Shown: positions 48,950-62,399, numbered from the stretch's first letter. The stretch: 64,000 bases of DNA from Lingula anatina (GCA_051362555.1 CM120649.1:15576567-15640566), one strand, 5' to 3'. Notes: generated by a model from the letters alone, not told the origin. Program-made: numbers and translations.

Positions 48950-49680
48950 TGTCGTTGTCTCTATAGTAGAAGTTCTGGGAATAATGTGGTCAGAAAGTTA
49001 AAATTTTGCAGCTGCCATTTCTTTCTAGCTGTCAAATGTTGAGATGCTTGTCCTGATTTCTTTTTATACACATTTCCAACGGCGGTCCGTTGGTTTCTTC
49101 ACCATCCAGTAATATTCTTTGCTGGTGAATAAAGATGAGAAATCATTGTTAAAATTTATTTCATTGTCAAAACGATCGTTTTGTTTGTGGTTGATAGAAG
49201 TCCTTAATTTGCACTTAGCACCGACAATTAAAAGCATCCAATTAAAAAAATTAAATAAATATGTTAAGTGTACTTACGGTATGAATTTAATTCTCTGGAC
49301 AGATCAGCCAACAGCTTATCGTTATGGGTCTGGTTTGAATAATTAGGGTGGGCTTTGTTGTACAAACACTCGTTATCAGAGAAGAACTCCACCAACTTCT
49401 CCTCTTTACATGAGCTAAAATAATGTGAACTTTTCTGATCCATTTCCACATACTGTTGCTCCTCCTCACCCTCATCTTGTTCCTCTTCTTGGAAATGATC
49501 GCTCTCCTCTCCATTGCCTCTGTCCACTTCCAAACTGTCTCTCTCATCTTCCTGTCGTGTTTCCCCTGCTTCTTCACTGACCATGTCCACTTCTTCCAAG
49601 AGCCTTGGTGACTCTCTTGTTGCTTGGCTTGCCCCAGCCCCCTTTTCCCCCTCTTGCTCTTTGTTGACTTTTTTTGACAT
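48950..49680 (-). pseudogene. Harbinger Myb/MADF-like DNA-binding gene (first two exons), inactivated
   Basis: ATG at 49680, an acidic N-terminus, then EEKLVEFFSDNECLYNK..NYSN. Donor gtaagt at 49277. The next exon reads GW*RNQRT..G...KKSGQA...LTARKKWQLQNFNFL, with a stop and a frameshift. Confidence 0.75.
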
Positions 49681-50739
49681 TTTCTGCACGAGAGATCCAA
49701 GGGTGAAATGATGGACTTTCGTATATGCTCCTCCTTTTATACTCACGGTCTGTGCGTATGAAGTGACCACTAGTGCAAGACGTCCGTGAGGTCCACACAG
49801 TGGGGGCGTGGAAGTACGGAGTAAGTACGGACTGAGCAAGGAATAAGTACGTGTACCGTGCGCCATAACCACGTGCATCGTACGCACCGTAGCCACCCAA
49901 GCGAAATTGGATAAAAATAATTTCGGCACGTGTCCCGTGCGACAAGCGTACGCTGCACGCACGCCTGTCGTACTTCTTCAAATTTTTTTGAGAATTCGTA
50001 GACCGCACGTAGCGGCTGTTGATCATGTCGAAAAGTTTCTACGTGCTGTTTGCGTCCTCCAAAAGTCGCACGATGGACGTGCTCTTCACGCACGAACTCC
50101 CACGTTTTCCCCAATTTTTGGCCGTAGACCACACGTAGCAGCCCGTACGTTCGGTTGGGACCTAGGCTTTAGTTTGCCCCTGCAGGGACGACACACGGGG
50201 AGGCGTGTGAGAGGCAGAGAGACTATTAATGGCTTAAGCGGTCTTCCTTTCATTTAGGTCCGCCATATTTAGGTCGCGGCCGTACTAGACCTCAGCTCTT
50301 CTTGATGTGAATGCTCACCTAAATAGTTTTCTTCCGTATGCTATATTTATCATAAGACCCCGTTCTGTTTTAGACATCGTAGCAGCTGGATAGATCCTAC
50401 TCAGCGGGGAACAGCCCATTCGGTGTAATCAGCCTAACTGCCTGACACGCCCCCTTGAATAGCTAGAGGGTGATAAAAGTTTATTACACAGTGCGTGTGC
50501 TCGCCCCCTAACTGCTCCAGGATGCGTGTCAGACTTTTAAGCTAATATACACTGAATGGACTTTAGCGATCTTTCCCGCAAAGTTGGATCGATCCACCTG
50601 ATGCGACGGGTCTTTCTAAATGCTCCCCAAGTCCCTACTTTAAGTTACGCCTATGTGGACAATTTACCCTTAATACTTATCATATTTCTAAAACTTTTCT
50701 TAAAAACAACTACCACATTCACATCATACATCTGTAATA

Positions 50740-53700
50740 TAGTAGGCTTGTTAAGAGGTCAAACGCTGCATTTTATAGTACAAATGTCTAACTTGGCATA
50801 AATGTTCCTTGGGCCAAAAGAAAATTTTTTATCCAAAGAGACGCCCTCTATCGATACATTAATTAGCATTAATTATGCAAATTAGGTGCCAAAATATATA
50901 ATATTTCATATTTCCATTAATTTTTGGCCTAGAAACATTTATAGATTATCAAACCTGACTAAATTAGGGACAAGGAACCCATTTTTGATCATTTGGAAGC
51001 AATTGGTGGCCATTTTGTGCCTCAAATCCAAGATGGCCGCCACCCGCCATTTTGAAAGTGGACATAATTTTGCTATTTTATGTTGAATTTTGAAGCGTTT
51101 GGTCTATATATATTTGATATAAATATCGATTCCTACTATTTTGGGTGTGAAAAAGTCATTTTTGATATTGTTTTGGTGATAGTAGGTGATTTGAATGGAC
51201 AAAGAGGGTGTTTTAAGTGCCTACCACATATGTGTGAACACTGCAAAACCATGGATGTTGACAACCCGTATTCAAATATATCTCAATGCAATTTTTTGTT
51301 ATATATCATTGCTATGGACTATATTATGAGCAAAAAAAAAAAAAAAAACCACACTTTTACCATTGTGGAGGCCATTGGTGGCCGTTTTATCCCTCAAATC
51401 CAAGATGGCCGCCAAAACCATTTTGAACATGAGCATAATTCGCTATTTTGAAACTACATGTACTACATCTTTGTAGATGAGTAATACGTCGTTTTATATT
51501 ATTTTCTGGTGCAGAATACATTATTTGTTTCTTAAAATTTGTGCCTCAAATCCAAGATGGCCCTCATACGCTATTTTCAAATTGAACATTATTCACCATT
51601 TTGAAACTATCACACCTTCATAAGCGTGCCATACGTCATTTTTGATTATTTCCTGGAGCAGAATGCATTTTCGGTTTCATAAAATATAAATAGAAACTTT
51701 TATAAGCCTCCAAATAAATAAAGGATTCAGTTGCTACATGGACCTGCAGTTTATATGTACAATGAGTAATCCAATTAGTACAAAAATGCTTTTGCCGATC
51801 TATAAATCAAGTGTCAGCAAACAGAATGGCTGAATTAAAGCAAAAGAATACATCTTTGACCGCATGAGGAAAATTGTTAGCCATTATTTTGATCAAAACC
51901 AAGTGATGGTTGCTTGCCGCTATTTTAATAATTTGGTGTTATTTATAATCTTTGAACTGTGGGACCCTTATTCGCTTGTATTAGGTAAAATGGCACTATT
52001 CTTGGGGCTCAAAAGTAATTTTCCAGTGCTAATTTGGTGACAGAAGATAATAAAAAGGTAATATAAGGTTGTAAAATAAATTCCAAGATGAGTTTTGTTG
52101 AGTCTGTTACAAAAATGTGGAACCCAAACCACATGCTCAAATATATCATCTAGATTTATCTTAAGTGACCATCCACTAAAAGATACTGAATACTCAAAGG
52201 AAAGCAATAAATATATATACATAGTGGTATTATATTATTAATCTTTTACTGGTCAATGTGAACCAAAAAGCCACATGCACATTTATGTCCCAGTCACTGG
52301 GGCTTGCATTCGCACGTTAAATATAGCCCAGAAGATTTGAAGGGTGAAAAATGTGTCGTCTTATAATACTATGGAACTTGGTTAGTTGTGTTGATGCGTA
52401 AATGTCCGTAAAAGACAAGCAAATGGACTTTGCTTTGAAATAGCTCTAGATCTTGTCTGCAAAACCATCCAGCAGCACAGCAAAAAGAAACATGCATGGT
52501 CAGCTCTGGTAGGCCAATAAGACAACAGCCAGTAAGAATTGAGGTTTTGTCAGTGTCCTATGAGAAACAGCCAAACAATATATTAGAATCCAGTTTCCAG
52601 AGAAACATTAATGCATGAGAACATGTCGCATCAGAGGAAAGTGGTATCTTTACACAAAAGAACGAATCTGCAAAACCAACTAGAAAGCAGTAGCTGCGCA
52701 GGAAGGTAAGAGGGATAAAGCAAAGAAGTCGAGGAAGCAGCCTCTTTTCCTAGTTGACAGTGCCAGTGATCATTCCTAGCATGATTTGGCCAGACAAGTC
52801 ATCTCACTACCAATAGAAATCCATAAGGCGACTACATAGTTCTCATTGTTTCCAATGGACGAACAAGCACAAAACATCTACAGTATATGACAACTACAGG
52901 AATATTCATCTTGGAATCATCTTAAAACACCTTATGCCTTTTTTTATTATCCTCTGTCACCAGAGTAACACCAGAAATTAATTATGTACTTCCAAAATAG
53001 TAACAATTGATGTATTACGATCATATGTAAGTCCAATAGCTCAAAAAAGGTAAATTATGCCATAATTTTAAAATAGAGACAGGCTCTTGGATATGAAGAA
53101 CAGAATAGCTAAAAGTGGTCACCATAAAGTTGAATCCACTGTGCTGGTCTCTTGCACTTAATCTATGCCCGGCAAAACCATTTTAAAATTGTTATTTAAC
53201 ATATTTTTGCACAAATTTGACTTCAAGACGTATACAAGCGAAGGTGAAGACGTAAGCCTGTATTGGTGTTGGAGTATTGGTGTTGTATTATATCTCAGAA
53301 GAGATAAGACACATGACTTCTACAACCCAAATGATAAGAAACGATGTATAACATGCTAGTGTAAGAGCAATAGCTTCAAATTGATGAGTTATGCCTTATC
53401 CGTATTTCAAAATTGTGACTGGCGGCCATTTTGGATTTGAGGATCAAAATGGCTTCCAATTGTCTCCAAAGCACCAAGAATGTGTTCTTTACCTTTAATT
53501 ACGCCATTTTGGTCTCTTACACTTGTTTCAAGCTCTTTATGATTTTATAAAACATTTTGTACTAATTAGACTACATGGCACATGTAAGTCTATTTGACGA
53601 CTTAAGCCTACATGCATATTCGTTTTGGAGAATAAAATAGTTTGTACTCACATTTTATGAAACATATAATGTATTCTGCACCAGAAAATAATATAAAACG

Positions 53701-56700
53701 ACGTATTACTGTATTACTCATTTACAAAGATGTAATACATATAGTTTCAAAATAGCGAATTATGCTCAAGTTCAAAATGGTTTTTGGCGGCCATCTTGGA
53801 TTTGAGGGATAAAACGGCCACCAATAGCCTCCATAATGATAAATTTTTTTTTTTTTTGCTCATAATATAGTCCAGTAGCGATGGTATATAACAAAAAATC
53901 GCATTGAGATGTATTTGAATACGGGTTATCAATATCCATGGTTTTGCAGCGTTCACACATATCTTGGTAGGCACTTAAAACACCCTCTTTGTCCCTTCAA
54001 ATCACCTACTATCACCAAAACAATATCAAAAATGACTTTTTCACACCCAAAATAGTAGGAATCGATATATATATCAAGTATATATAGACCAAACGCTTCA
54101 AAATTCAACATAAAATAGCAAAATTATGTCCACTTTCAAAATGGCGGGTGGCGGCCATCTTGGATTTGAGGCACAAAATGGCCACCAATTGCTTCCAAAT
54201 GATCAAAAATGGGTTCCTTGTCCCTAATTTAGTCAGGTTTGATAATCTACACGTTTCTAGGCCAAAAATTAATGGAAATATGAAATATTATATATTTTGG
54301 CACATAATTTGCATAATTTATGCTAATTAATGTATCGATAGAGGGCGTCTCTTTGGATAAAAAATTTTCTTTTGGCCCAAGGAACATTTATGCCAAGTTA
54401 GACATTTGTACTACAAAATGCAGCGTTTGGCCATTTTTTGGTTCTTAAGTGTGTGTCCACGAGAAAACCAAACCAAATGTAGAAAATGCGGCAAGGTGGG
54501 GGTGAACGGATTTACATCATATTTGGTGTGTTTGAACCTTTATATGAACAATATCTGAGGCTGCAATATTTCCTGAAAAAAATCCCTACTTACAGAGATA
54601 TGGCCAGTGACAATTTGGGGGGTTTATCAACCAAAAATTCTTCTGAAAAACAGGGTTATATTGATTGGCCTTAAAGTTTATACAGGTGTCACCAAATGAT
54701 TTAGTTTGGTGATATATTTTAACCTAAAGATAGGGGATTAAAATGATATACACTTTTTCCACTCTCTTTGTTTCCATGGTAACAAACCAAGCGTTTTTCT
54801 CAGGCCTACAAACCACATGCTTTGAACACCCCCCTTCTATTTTTGACAATATCTTCATCTTCACAGGTCTTTGGGGTAAAGCGTGTTCAGGACTAACAGA
54901 TAACTCATTAATCTATTTATACATGAAATCAAAACTTACTGCTGTTCTACAACTTGTCCGTTGTAACAGATAGAACATGACCTAATATTTCTTCATTTTT
55001 CGTAAATATATCCGAACACGTATATCGGTGCACTGAACTTCAGCCATCTCTTTCAAGTCAACGAATGGTTTAAAACACTGTTAGTTGAACTTTTTATTTT
55101 CATTTTACCTATTCTAATTTTTTTCTGGTTAAAACAAGCATCTAACACATTTTAAAACCATGTGAAACTAATGTACTAACGTCAGAACAACACAACGTCA
55201 TTATCCAACATGGCGGAAATCGCAGACTGTTTGTTTACAAATCTTCCTCAACGAAGTCGTATATCATGTGGTTTATACTCTGTCTACAGATATAAAAAAC
55301 ATGTAGTGTATTGAAAAATTGCAACAGAGATATTAACAGTCATCTTCGTCGCGTTTACGTGAAGCAAAACAGCGTGAGTTACGAAAGCACACTGATTCTT
55401 GTCAGGTGTGAATTCTTTTGTATCCGATGACAGCAATTGGACTTTTTCAAGTATCTTTGGGAGAATAAATGGGTTACACCATGTGACCAGCACTGGGATA
55501 TGGGCTTGGTTTGTGCTGGAAACCATCCACACAGGGGAAAACGAGCCTATAACGAAATATGTCATGGGATTAACTGCAGATGTCAGTGTAGACAAAAAGC
55601 CATTTGAATATACTGATGCCACTTGGTTCAGGTAAGAAACGGGTTTGTTTGTATTTTAATACAGGCTAAAATCCAGAAAAAAAGTTCACTCAGAAAAATG
55701 ATCTAGGTGTAATTTTTTAATGGTAAACGCTCCATTTTTTTAAAAAGAAAAATGCCCCCTTTCAAATAATGAAATTGCAGCCTAAGGACCTGTGATAATT
55801 TTATCTTTTAAGCTATATTTGTGTGGGTATTTATGTAGGTTTAATGGTACTTGGGTAAAATAAATTTAAGGGTAACAATTGGAATTAGATTGAAGCTAGG
55901 GCTGGTCTTGGCAAAATTGCTAGGCTCATCATAATTAATATTCGAAACCATGCCTTACTTATAAAACATGGACAAATGGGATAATAATTTATTTTTCATC
56001 AATGTATCAATTAACTTTCAGATAAGTGTTTTCATGTGTCTATAGTAAGCTATATTTATATTTCAGGCATATTTGAGAAGTGTCATTTGACACACAGTGA
56101 TCTTATGGTCAGCAAAAGAGTCCAAAGTCTTGCAGAAACTGAAACTAGTGTGGAAATGATGGCTGTTGTAGAAAGGCATGTATGTAAATGAAAGCCACAA
56201 TATAACAAATGCTGAGGAGATGCATGAGGCCCTAGTTTCTGCAGTTGGAGCCATTTTCTACATCCAGCTAGACAGACATCTTCCAAACCTGCGTGGACTG
56301 GAGTGTCCAATTACAACAATTTAGCTTTCTTGATTCCTACAACATGAGAAAAGGTGTCTTCCTTCCTTGAGCAGTTTTAACATGAGTGATACTGATGTTA
56401 AAGTTAATTTGGGTTTTTCTGAGGCAAATATGCCAACTGGGACTATACCAAGCAAGATCACAAACAGGGAAATTTTTTCTTGTCCAGAGAAGTTTTCTCT
56501 GAAATCTTTTGCTACTAAGACTGAAGAGTATTTGTAAGGTCCTTTTTTAGACCACAGTTATGAAATGTGCCAAAAAAAAAAGCTTTTGATCAAATTAAAG
56601 TCTAGTGGGCCAACAATCTGACTAAAGAAAAACTTAAAGCACATCAGCTGTGAGAGAACTCCACCCTCTTGAATATCTCACTGAGTTACACAATGGATGA

Positions 56701-58234
56701 GCTTTAAAGTCATCTAAACCTTTGAAACTATATTCAAATAAAGTAAAGGAGTTTTTACTGAAGGAGTTTAGAAGGGCACAAGAAACAGGCCAGCAGAACC
56801 TAGCATTTGTGAGCATGAAGATGAGATTGAAATGTCAGTAAGGAGGGTTACAGACTCTTCAGGAAGAAAAAATCGGCAGTTATTTTTGAATGTATTAAAA
56901 ACTTTGATGTTATGAGCTGTAATGTTTGATACAAAACTGCAAAGATGTTTCATAACACCAGGATATATTTTGTTGTGTTAGTTTTGCTTTTTGAATAGAA
57001 AATTATCTTGTTTTGCTACATTATGATATAGTTTGTAATGATCACAACTAATGTTGCACTGCTTTGCATGTATTGCTATATTATAATTTTGTGATTTTTT
57101 TTATTATTTGTAATTATTCATCTGAGACAACAATAAACTAAATTGAATAATTTTTTAGTTACTGTATGCTCATAAATAGTCACCAAAAAGTGGTGTGGAT
57201 GATTTAAAAAAAACTCTTGATAATTGAAAAAGATTTGTTCTGGCTTTGCTATCATAAATACTATGGCATATCCTGATCTCTATATGATAAATATTGCACC
57301 AAAAAGAAATTGCTACTAAACTAAGATTTTAATTTGTATTCACCAAATTGATGATATTAAAAAAAATATATATATTAAAATTATCTTGTAAACTCTCAAG
57401 TTAATTGCCAGTGCCTATCCAAAGTAACAGAATCTATGATTTATTTCCTCTAAATTTTTTGTCCATATAAATTAAGAAGTCCATATATGGCAATTTACAA
57501 ATATGAAGCCCAGTGACCTTGACCTACTGACCTGATATTCATTAGTACACACCCACTTTCCATGTTCACCAGCCCTATTAATTTAGTAACATCATTGTAG
57601 AGCAAAATGGTTTAATAAATTAATCAAACCTATCGTCTACATAGACTTGAATGAATCCACCACGATTTTTTGCCTTAAAAATGGCCAACTTTGGAGGTAT
57701 TTTTCAGTACCTGTTTTAATACAGCAGTAACTTTTGAAACTTGATTTGGAATGACCCATATCTGCCTAAAATATTCATGCAGTTTTATAGCTGTAAACCC
57801 TGTGAAGATGGAGATATATGCAATTAAAGATGGTAGTATCAAAATTGGACTTTGGGGGGAGGGGTGTTATAAATGGGTGTGGCTCGCCCAAGCAGGGTCT
57901 TATCTGAATTCTACATATATCTGTGGCAAGCCAAATGATTGTTTTCAATGATTGTAAGGTCTAATATTTTTTAGTTTTCTCCATTTTTGTTTAATTTACA
58001 CAAAATATATCATTATTTTTCCAAGGTAAAAATGGAGTCTCAAAGAGGCTACATAAGCCATGACTTATAATAGGCTATAATTCTCTGAAGAAAGGATATT
58101 TTTGGGATTCCTTCCTAACTCATGAATAACTTCCTAATATGCCTCCATACAACAAATTTGGTTGAAATCCGCTGACCCCCACCTTGCCACCCTGGGCTGG
58201 TTCTCTCGTGGACAAGCTCTTAACAAGCCTACTA
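50740..58234. mobile_element. Academ-like non-autonomous DNA transposon with ~0.8-kb TIRs
   Basis: Termini TAGTAGGCTTGTTAA (50740) and TTAACAAGCCTACTA (58234) with a 3-bp ATA TSD. Near-identical inverted arms at ~50757-51530 and ~53660-54448 carry caagatggccgcc motifs. The superfamily is inferred from TAG termini, short TSD and long TIRs. Confidence 0.75.
54449..58219. mobile_element. Sola3-like DNA transposon inserted into the right TIR of the Academ-like element
   Basis: TTAA TSD at 54445-48 and 58220-23. Right end ...CTC (GAG terminus). Imperfect TIRs tgtccacgaga.aacca...ggcaaggtgggggt.a.cggattt. Decayed coding-like remnants lie at ~55280-56850. Confidence 0.65.
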
Positions 58235-58373
58235 ATAGCCGCAGACATAAGATAATTGTCTACCGTCAGTTTACATTCGTTATCAACACGATGTTTGTCC
58301 TTTATACACACTGCTATGATTAGTTAATTCTGCATCATTCCAGAATTTGTACATATAATGATGTTGAACTTAC

Positions 58374-58600
58374 GGGAGTTACCTAGCGGGAATGCTCACA
58401 GCGGTATCACCAGCACAGTATCTGCGGACTCGACGGCTGACGGCCTGTTTTAGGCGGGTAAAACGTACCATCTACCAGGTCCACAGATTGATTTTTCACT
58501 ATATATTAACAGATATGGTTAAATAGATGATTAATCTCTGCACTGTGAGCCTGTTCTGAAATCTCAACTACTCAGGCACGGTTACTAGAAAGTCCCTGCC
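58374..58600 (-). promoter_or_regulatory. Candidate promoter and non-coding exon 1 of the IAP gene
   Basis: Minus-strand donor ccc|gtaagt at 58373, TATATA at ~58500-58506 and kB-like GGGACTTTCT at ~58587-58596. The link to the acceptor at 43654 is inferred. Confidence 0.35.
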
Positions 58601-60182
58601 AAGTCCCCTTGACAGTAATCAAAATAGTTAATTACTCATCTGTGACAATAAAACATCCTTTAGCAGACAGACAAGACAAGGCAGGATGCGTAACGAGCGT
58701 TAACATACATTGGCGCGAAGCCCAGCTCGACCACTGAGCTCCCGCAGAGCGAGTACAAAGCCTTCTGCGCGCGGGCAGAATTAATTGTTTCCTCCTGGCC
58801 TAACATAACAGGGTTGCCTCAGCAAATATGTCCACAATAATAACTGCGGCCCTGGTAAAGGGTAGGTTAAATGTACATGTACGCACATGCAGGTAGGTGG
58901 CCAAAAATAACCACAAGAACAATGTGCTTCATCTAAACAATAGAACATGGGCGGATATCAAAGCCATGCCAATAAAAATAACTAAAATACTATAGACTAA
59001 TAAGATTAAAGAGATTGATATTTAGCCAAAAGTTATCAGGCAAAGGACCTTTGATAGATCCCGAGGTTAAATTAGTAAAATAAGAGTTGTGTCGACCTCC
59101 TTATGACAGCGTGTACATGCCGCACGAGGTTTCAGCGATAAGATCAGAGTCGTGTGACGTCCTTATCATACGTGTACATGCCACCCATCACGTAAGTCCA
59201 GTGAGACCTTTGAACATGTGCACGTTAACAGAGAACTCCAATAACTAACTTTTAAAGGCAGTAAACGCTTTTTAAACAGCTTTTATCCAAGTGCAGTGAC
59301 GCATTTTAATTGGTCTCAAAACCAAATTCTTAATTTATTTATTTATTGTATTATTCTATTATTTTACTCTGTATAATGCTCCAAAAGGAAAATGATTTCC
59401 GATTTTTATAATTGGCTAAATAAACACTTATCTCTTATCTCTAATAAGGGAAGGGTTACGGGTGCAGTGAACAGTAAGATCGAAATGATAAAAACGATAC
59501 GATGGGATTCTCCAAATAAAGGAGATCGAAATATAATAGTGGGCCTAAACAACTGAAGATATATTTATTTTCTTTTTTTTCTGAAGTCGAAAGAAATTCA
59601 CTCTTCACAAGTTAAACAACGGGTGTGTTTATAGGTGCATGTATTAATTTTGCCAAGCAAAATTACAAAGAGGACGCGGTTGACCTGAGATTTAGACACG
59701 TATTCTGCAAGACATCGTTAAAGTGTTTAGGACTTGTGATCAATCATTAGATGCTAACATCCCTCCAATAATAATAACTGCAAATCATTGTGCAATTTTT
59801 CATTTGTTTTATCTTAAATGTCGATGATTTCTAAACCACCGATGTGTATGCTAAATCTGGGATTGTTTATCATTGTAATTTGACAATGTCTGCCTCTCTG
59901 CCTCACGTGTGCACTTTTGATATTGTCGTAAACAAAAAAATCCCCTAACTGAGTCCATTGTTTATTCGGTAAACAAGCTTGATTTTTACGTGTACCGGTC
60001 GTTTCAAAATTTTAGTATACAATATGGGGGAATCCCCTTTCTTAACGCAGTACAGGTTCGGTGGTAAGCGTCTTCTCGGTGTCCCTCGATCTTATGATGC
60101 ATTTTTAAAACTTCAACGACGCAAAGCACCCTGTGCACACATTTATAAACCACTTAAATCTCTTTTGATTGAATCTTACTCA

Positions 60183-60347
60183 CAGCCCGTAGCCAGGGGG
60201 GTTCGGGGGATTCGAAAGAACCGCCCTTTTTGTCAGAAAAAGGTCCATTCTGGGTGCAATTTGATCTAGGTACACAAAGGTTTCATTATAAAAAGTCCAC
60301 TTTTTTAGAAAAAGAACCCCCTTCTGACATTGCTGGCTACGGGTCTG
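60183..60347. mobile_element. ~170-bp MITE family, copy 2
   Basis: Homologous to 37993-38166, with cccgtagccag / ctggctacggg TIRs. Confidence 0.75.
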
Positions 60348-61159
60348 TAGTGCAAATAAGTATAAAAGAGGGCTAGAAACATACCTGCGTCTAAATTGTC
60401 TTATATTCTAATTCGCTTACGCTTAAACGTATATAAATTATTTATCGTCTAATAACTCTCAACGAATAAAACCACTTCATCTTCAAACACCAAATCATTT
60501 ATTTATAAATAGGAATGAGTCGATGTGCCTCTGCCTGTGTACAGACGATACAATATTACATACAAACGTTTGCTCCGTCACCAGTTACATTTCCCACATA
60601 GCCTAATTCCAATTCCGGTACAGCTCGTACTTACATGAATCTGATAATTTTATAACGCATAATCAAACCCCATCTTTATACAAATGTTTTTATACAAAAA
60701 CTTTTATTTGGAATAAACTGGAATGTCTGTACATTAGCGTAGCTCGACTTCGAATGATCGTTTCCCTTCCTCACGTGATCTGTTCACCTTTTGAATACAG
60801 CGCCCCCTGTACCTCCTAATAACCTTTCTCCTAAGACACGTCATCGTTGACCCGTTAAACGACAATAAATACATTTATATTCTAATTCGCTTACGCTTAA
60901 ACGTATATAAATTATTTATCGTCTAATAACTCTCAACGAATAAAACCACTTCATCTTCAAACACCAAATCATTTATTTATAAATAGGAATGAGTCGATGT
61001 GCCTCTGCCTGCTTCGACCACAAAGAACGGGCCTCCTCTGTGCATCATTACTTTATCCTAAAAAAGAAAAAACAAATACAATTTCATCGACTTATTAATC
61101 CACATCCACTCTGGATTCACATTGTCCTACAATATCGACAAACAAAATGTAAATGCATA

Positions 61160-62173
61160 TCAAATACCCAAGTTTAAAGATACACTCATTCTTTGCAATA
61201 TATTGTCTTTAATATAACCGTCTTTTGCTTTATCCGATTTCCAGCGACCATGTTTTTTGAATAATCGTTCTTTTATCCCGCAATTTGCTGCAGCTGATGC
61301 GCCACCTGCTCGTAGACTATGTAGACCAAATTTACTTTTATCAAAACCCAATTCTTCAAATTTTTGTAAAACTGTTTCTCTCATACGTGTATACGACAAT
61401 TTTCCAGTATCCTTTAAAACATGTTTTCCTGATTTCTTTAAATACTTGACCGATCTGAAAATATACTTCTCTGAATCTTCTTCTATGTCTGCGGCTCTTA
61501 GATATCTTTGTAAGAAAACATATGGGCATGAAGTCTTACCTGTTCTGGCTATTAAAACATTAGATCCATCTCTGTATATATCAGTTTTGCTTTTTTCTAT
61601 AAAAACTTCAAAATATGAATTTTTGAATATAATATCTGTTCTTCTAATTGAGGATACCTCGCTATATCTTAAAAATCCTGAAAATGATAATAAACATATA
61701 CAGACATCTCTCAAATCGGGCAAACTGGCGTTAGATTTTGCAAATCTATTAACAAGTTTATTAAGCATTTCACTGGTTACTATTTCCTTTTTTATTGTTC
61801 TGTTACATGACAGTCTTTTTGCTGCTTCCACAATATTACTGATCAAAGCGTTATCGCAAGGATTTCGTGTTATTCCAGCAATATCATGAACCCACTTTAA
61901 GGTATATTTCACATCCTGTATTGCTCCTGGTTTACTTTCTTGTTGAATTAAACTTAACATATATAGTGCAATGTGATTTGTGGATGCCGGGAATATGTTA
62001 ACCTCTGTAAATTTCCCTGCCCAATTCTTCCACTTTTGAAATATATAAGTATACTTTTTCACCGTTTTATCTGCTCTAGATTTCAATACAATACTTGGTA
62101 ACTCTTTACCCAATCTTCGTAAAGTTGCATAATTGAAATCCTTTAATTCCGTCCAAACTCCAGATTGGAATAC
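61160..62173 (-). CDS. Tyrosine recombinase (phage-integrase family) of the retrotransposon
   Basis: Catalytic set R (GFLRYSE), K (KSKTD), HxxR (GLHSLRAGG), H (KKHGRW) and Y (DGYI) in an uninterrupted frame. It begins at a splice-acceptor-like tttatttgtatttacag|GTA. Confidence 0.92.
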   Translation of the reverse strand, partial: VFQSGVWTELKDFNYATLRRLGKELPSIVLKSRADKTVKKYTYIFQKWKNWAGKFTEVNIFPASTNHIALYMLSLIQQESKPGAIQDVKYTLKWVHDIAGITRNPCDNALISNIVEAAKRLSCNRTIKKEIVTSEMLNKLVNRFAKSNASLPDLRDVCICLLSFSGFLRYSEVSSIRRTDIIFKNSYFEVFIEKSKTDIYRDGSNVLIARTGKTSCPYVFLQRYLRAADIEEDSEKYIFRSVKYLKKSGKHVLKDTGKLSYTRMRETVLQKFEELGFDKSKFGLHSLRAGGASAAANCGIKERLFKKHGRWKSDKAKDGYIKDNILQRMSVSLNLGI

Positions 62174-62399
62174 CTGTAAATACAAATAAAGAATTTTGAT
62201 GAAAACACACCAGTTTATGTTTACTAATATAAAAGCCCATTTTTAAAACATTTCAAATGTTCTTTTCATGCATTATAGGCCTACTGTTTTCAAAAGCCAA
62301 TCCAGACAATCTTATATTTTCTCTTTTAACAAAAAAGAATGAATTATCCATTAACTCTTAACCATCGTTAAAAGTATGCTTTCATTGCCTTGATTATGT

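Larger units (their letters stand above)
44829..50168. mobile_element. Degenerate autonomous-type PIF/Harbinger transposon with convergent transposase and Myb/MADF genes
   Basis: TIRs agcctagatcccaac (44829) and gttgggacctaggct (50154-50168). TTA follows on the right; the left TSD is not preserved and abuts a likely fragment of another element from ~44677. Subterminal cgtacg/cacg repeats are present, with TATA boxes at ~45202 (+) and ~49735 (-). Confidence 0.8.

Noticed and set aside
50886-54330. ORFs of 60-120 aa within the long TIRs
   Set aside because: They are mirror-image spurious ORFs in the inverted arms, with no transposase motifs.
61257-61889. 210-aa ORF antisense to the tyrosine recombinase
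   Set aside because: It has no recognisable motifs and is explained by codon structure on the opposite strand.
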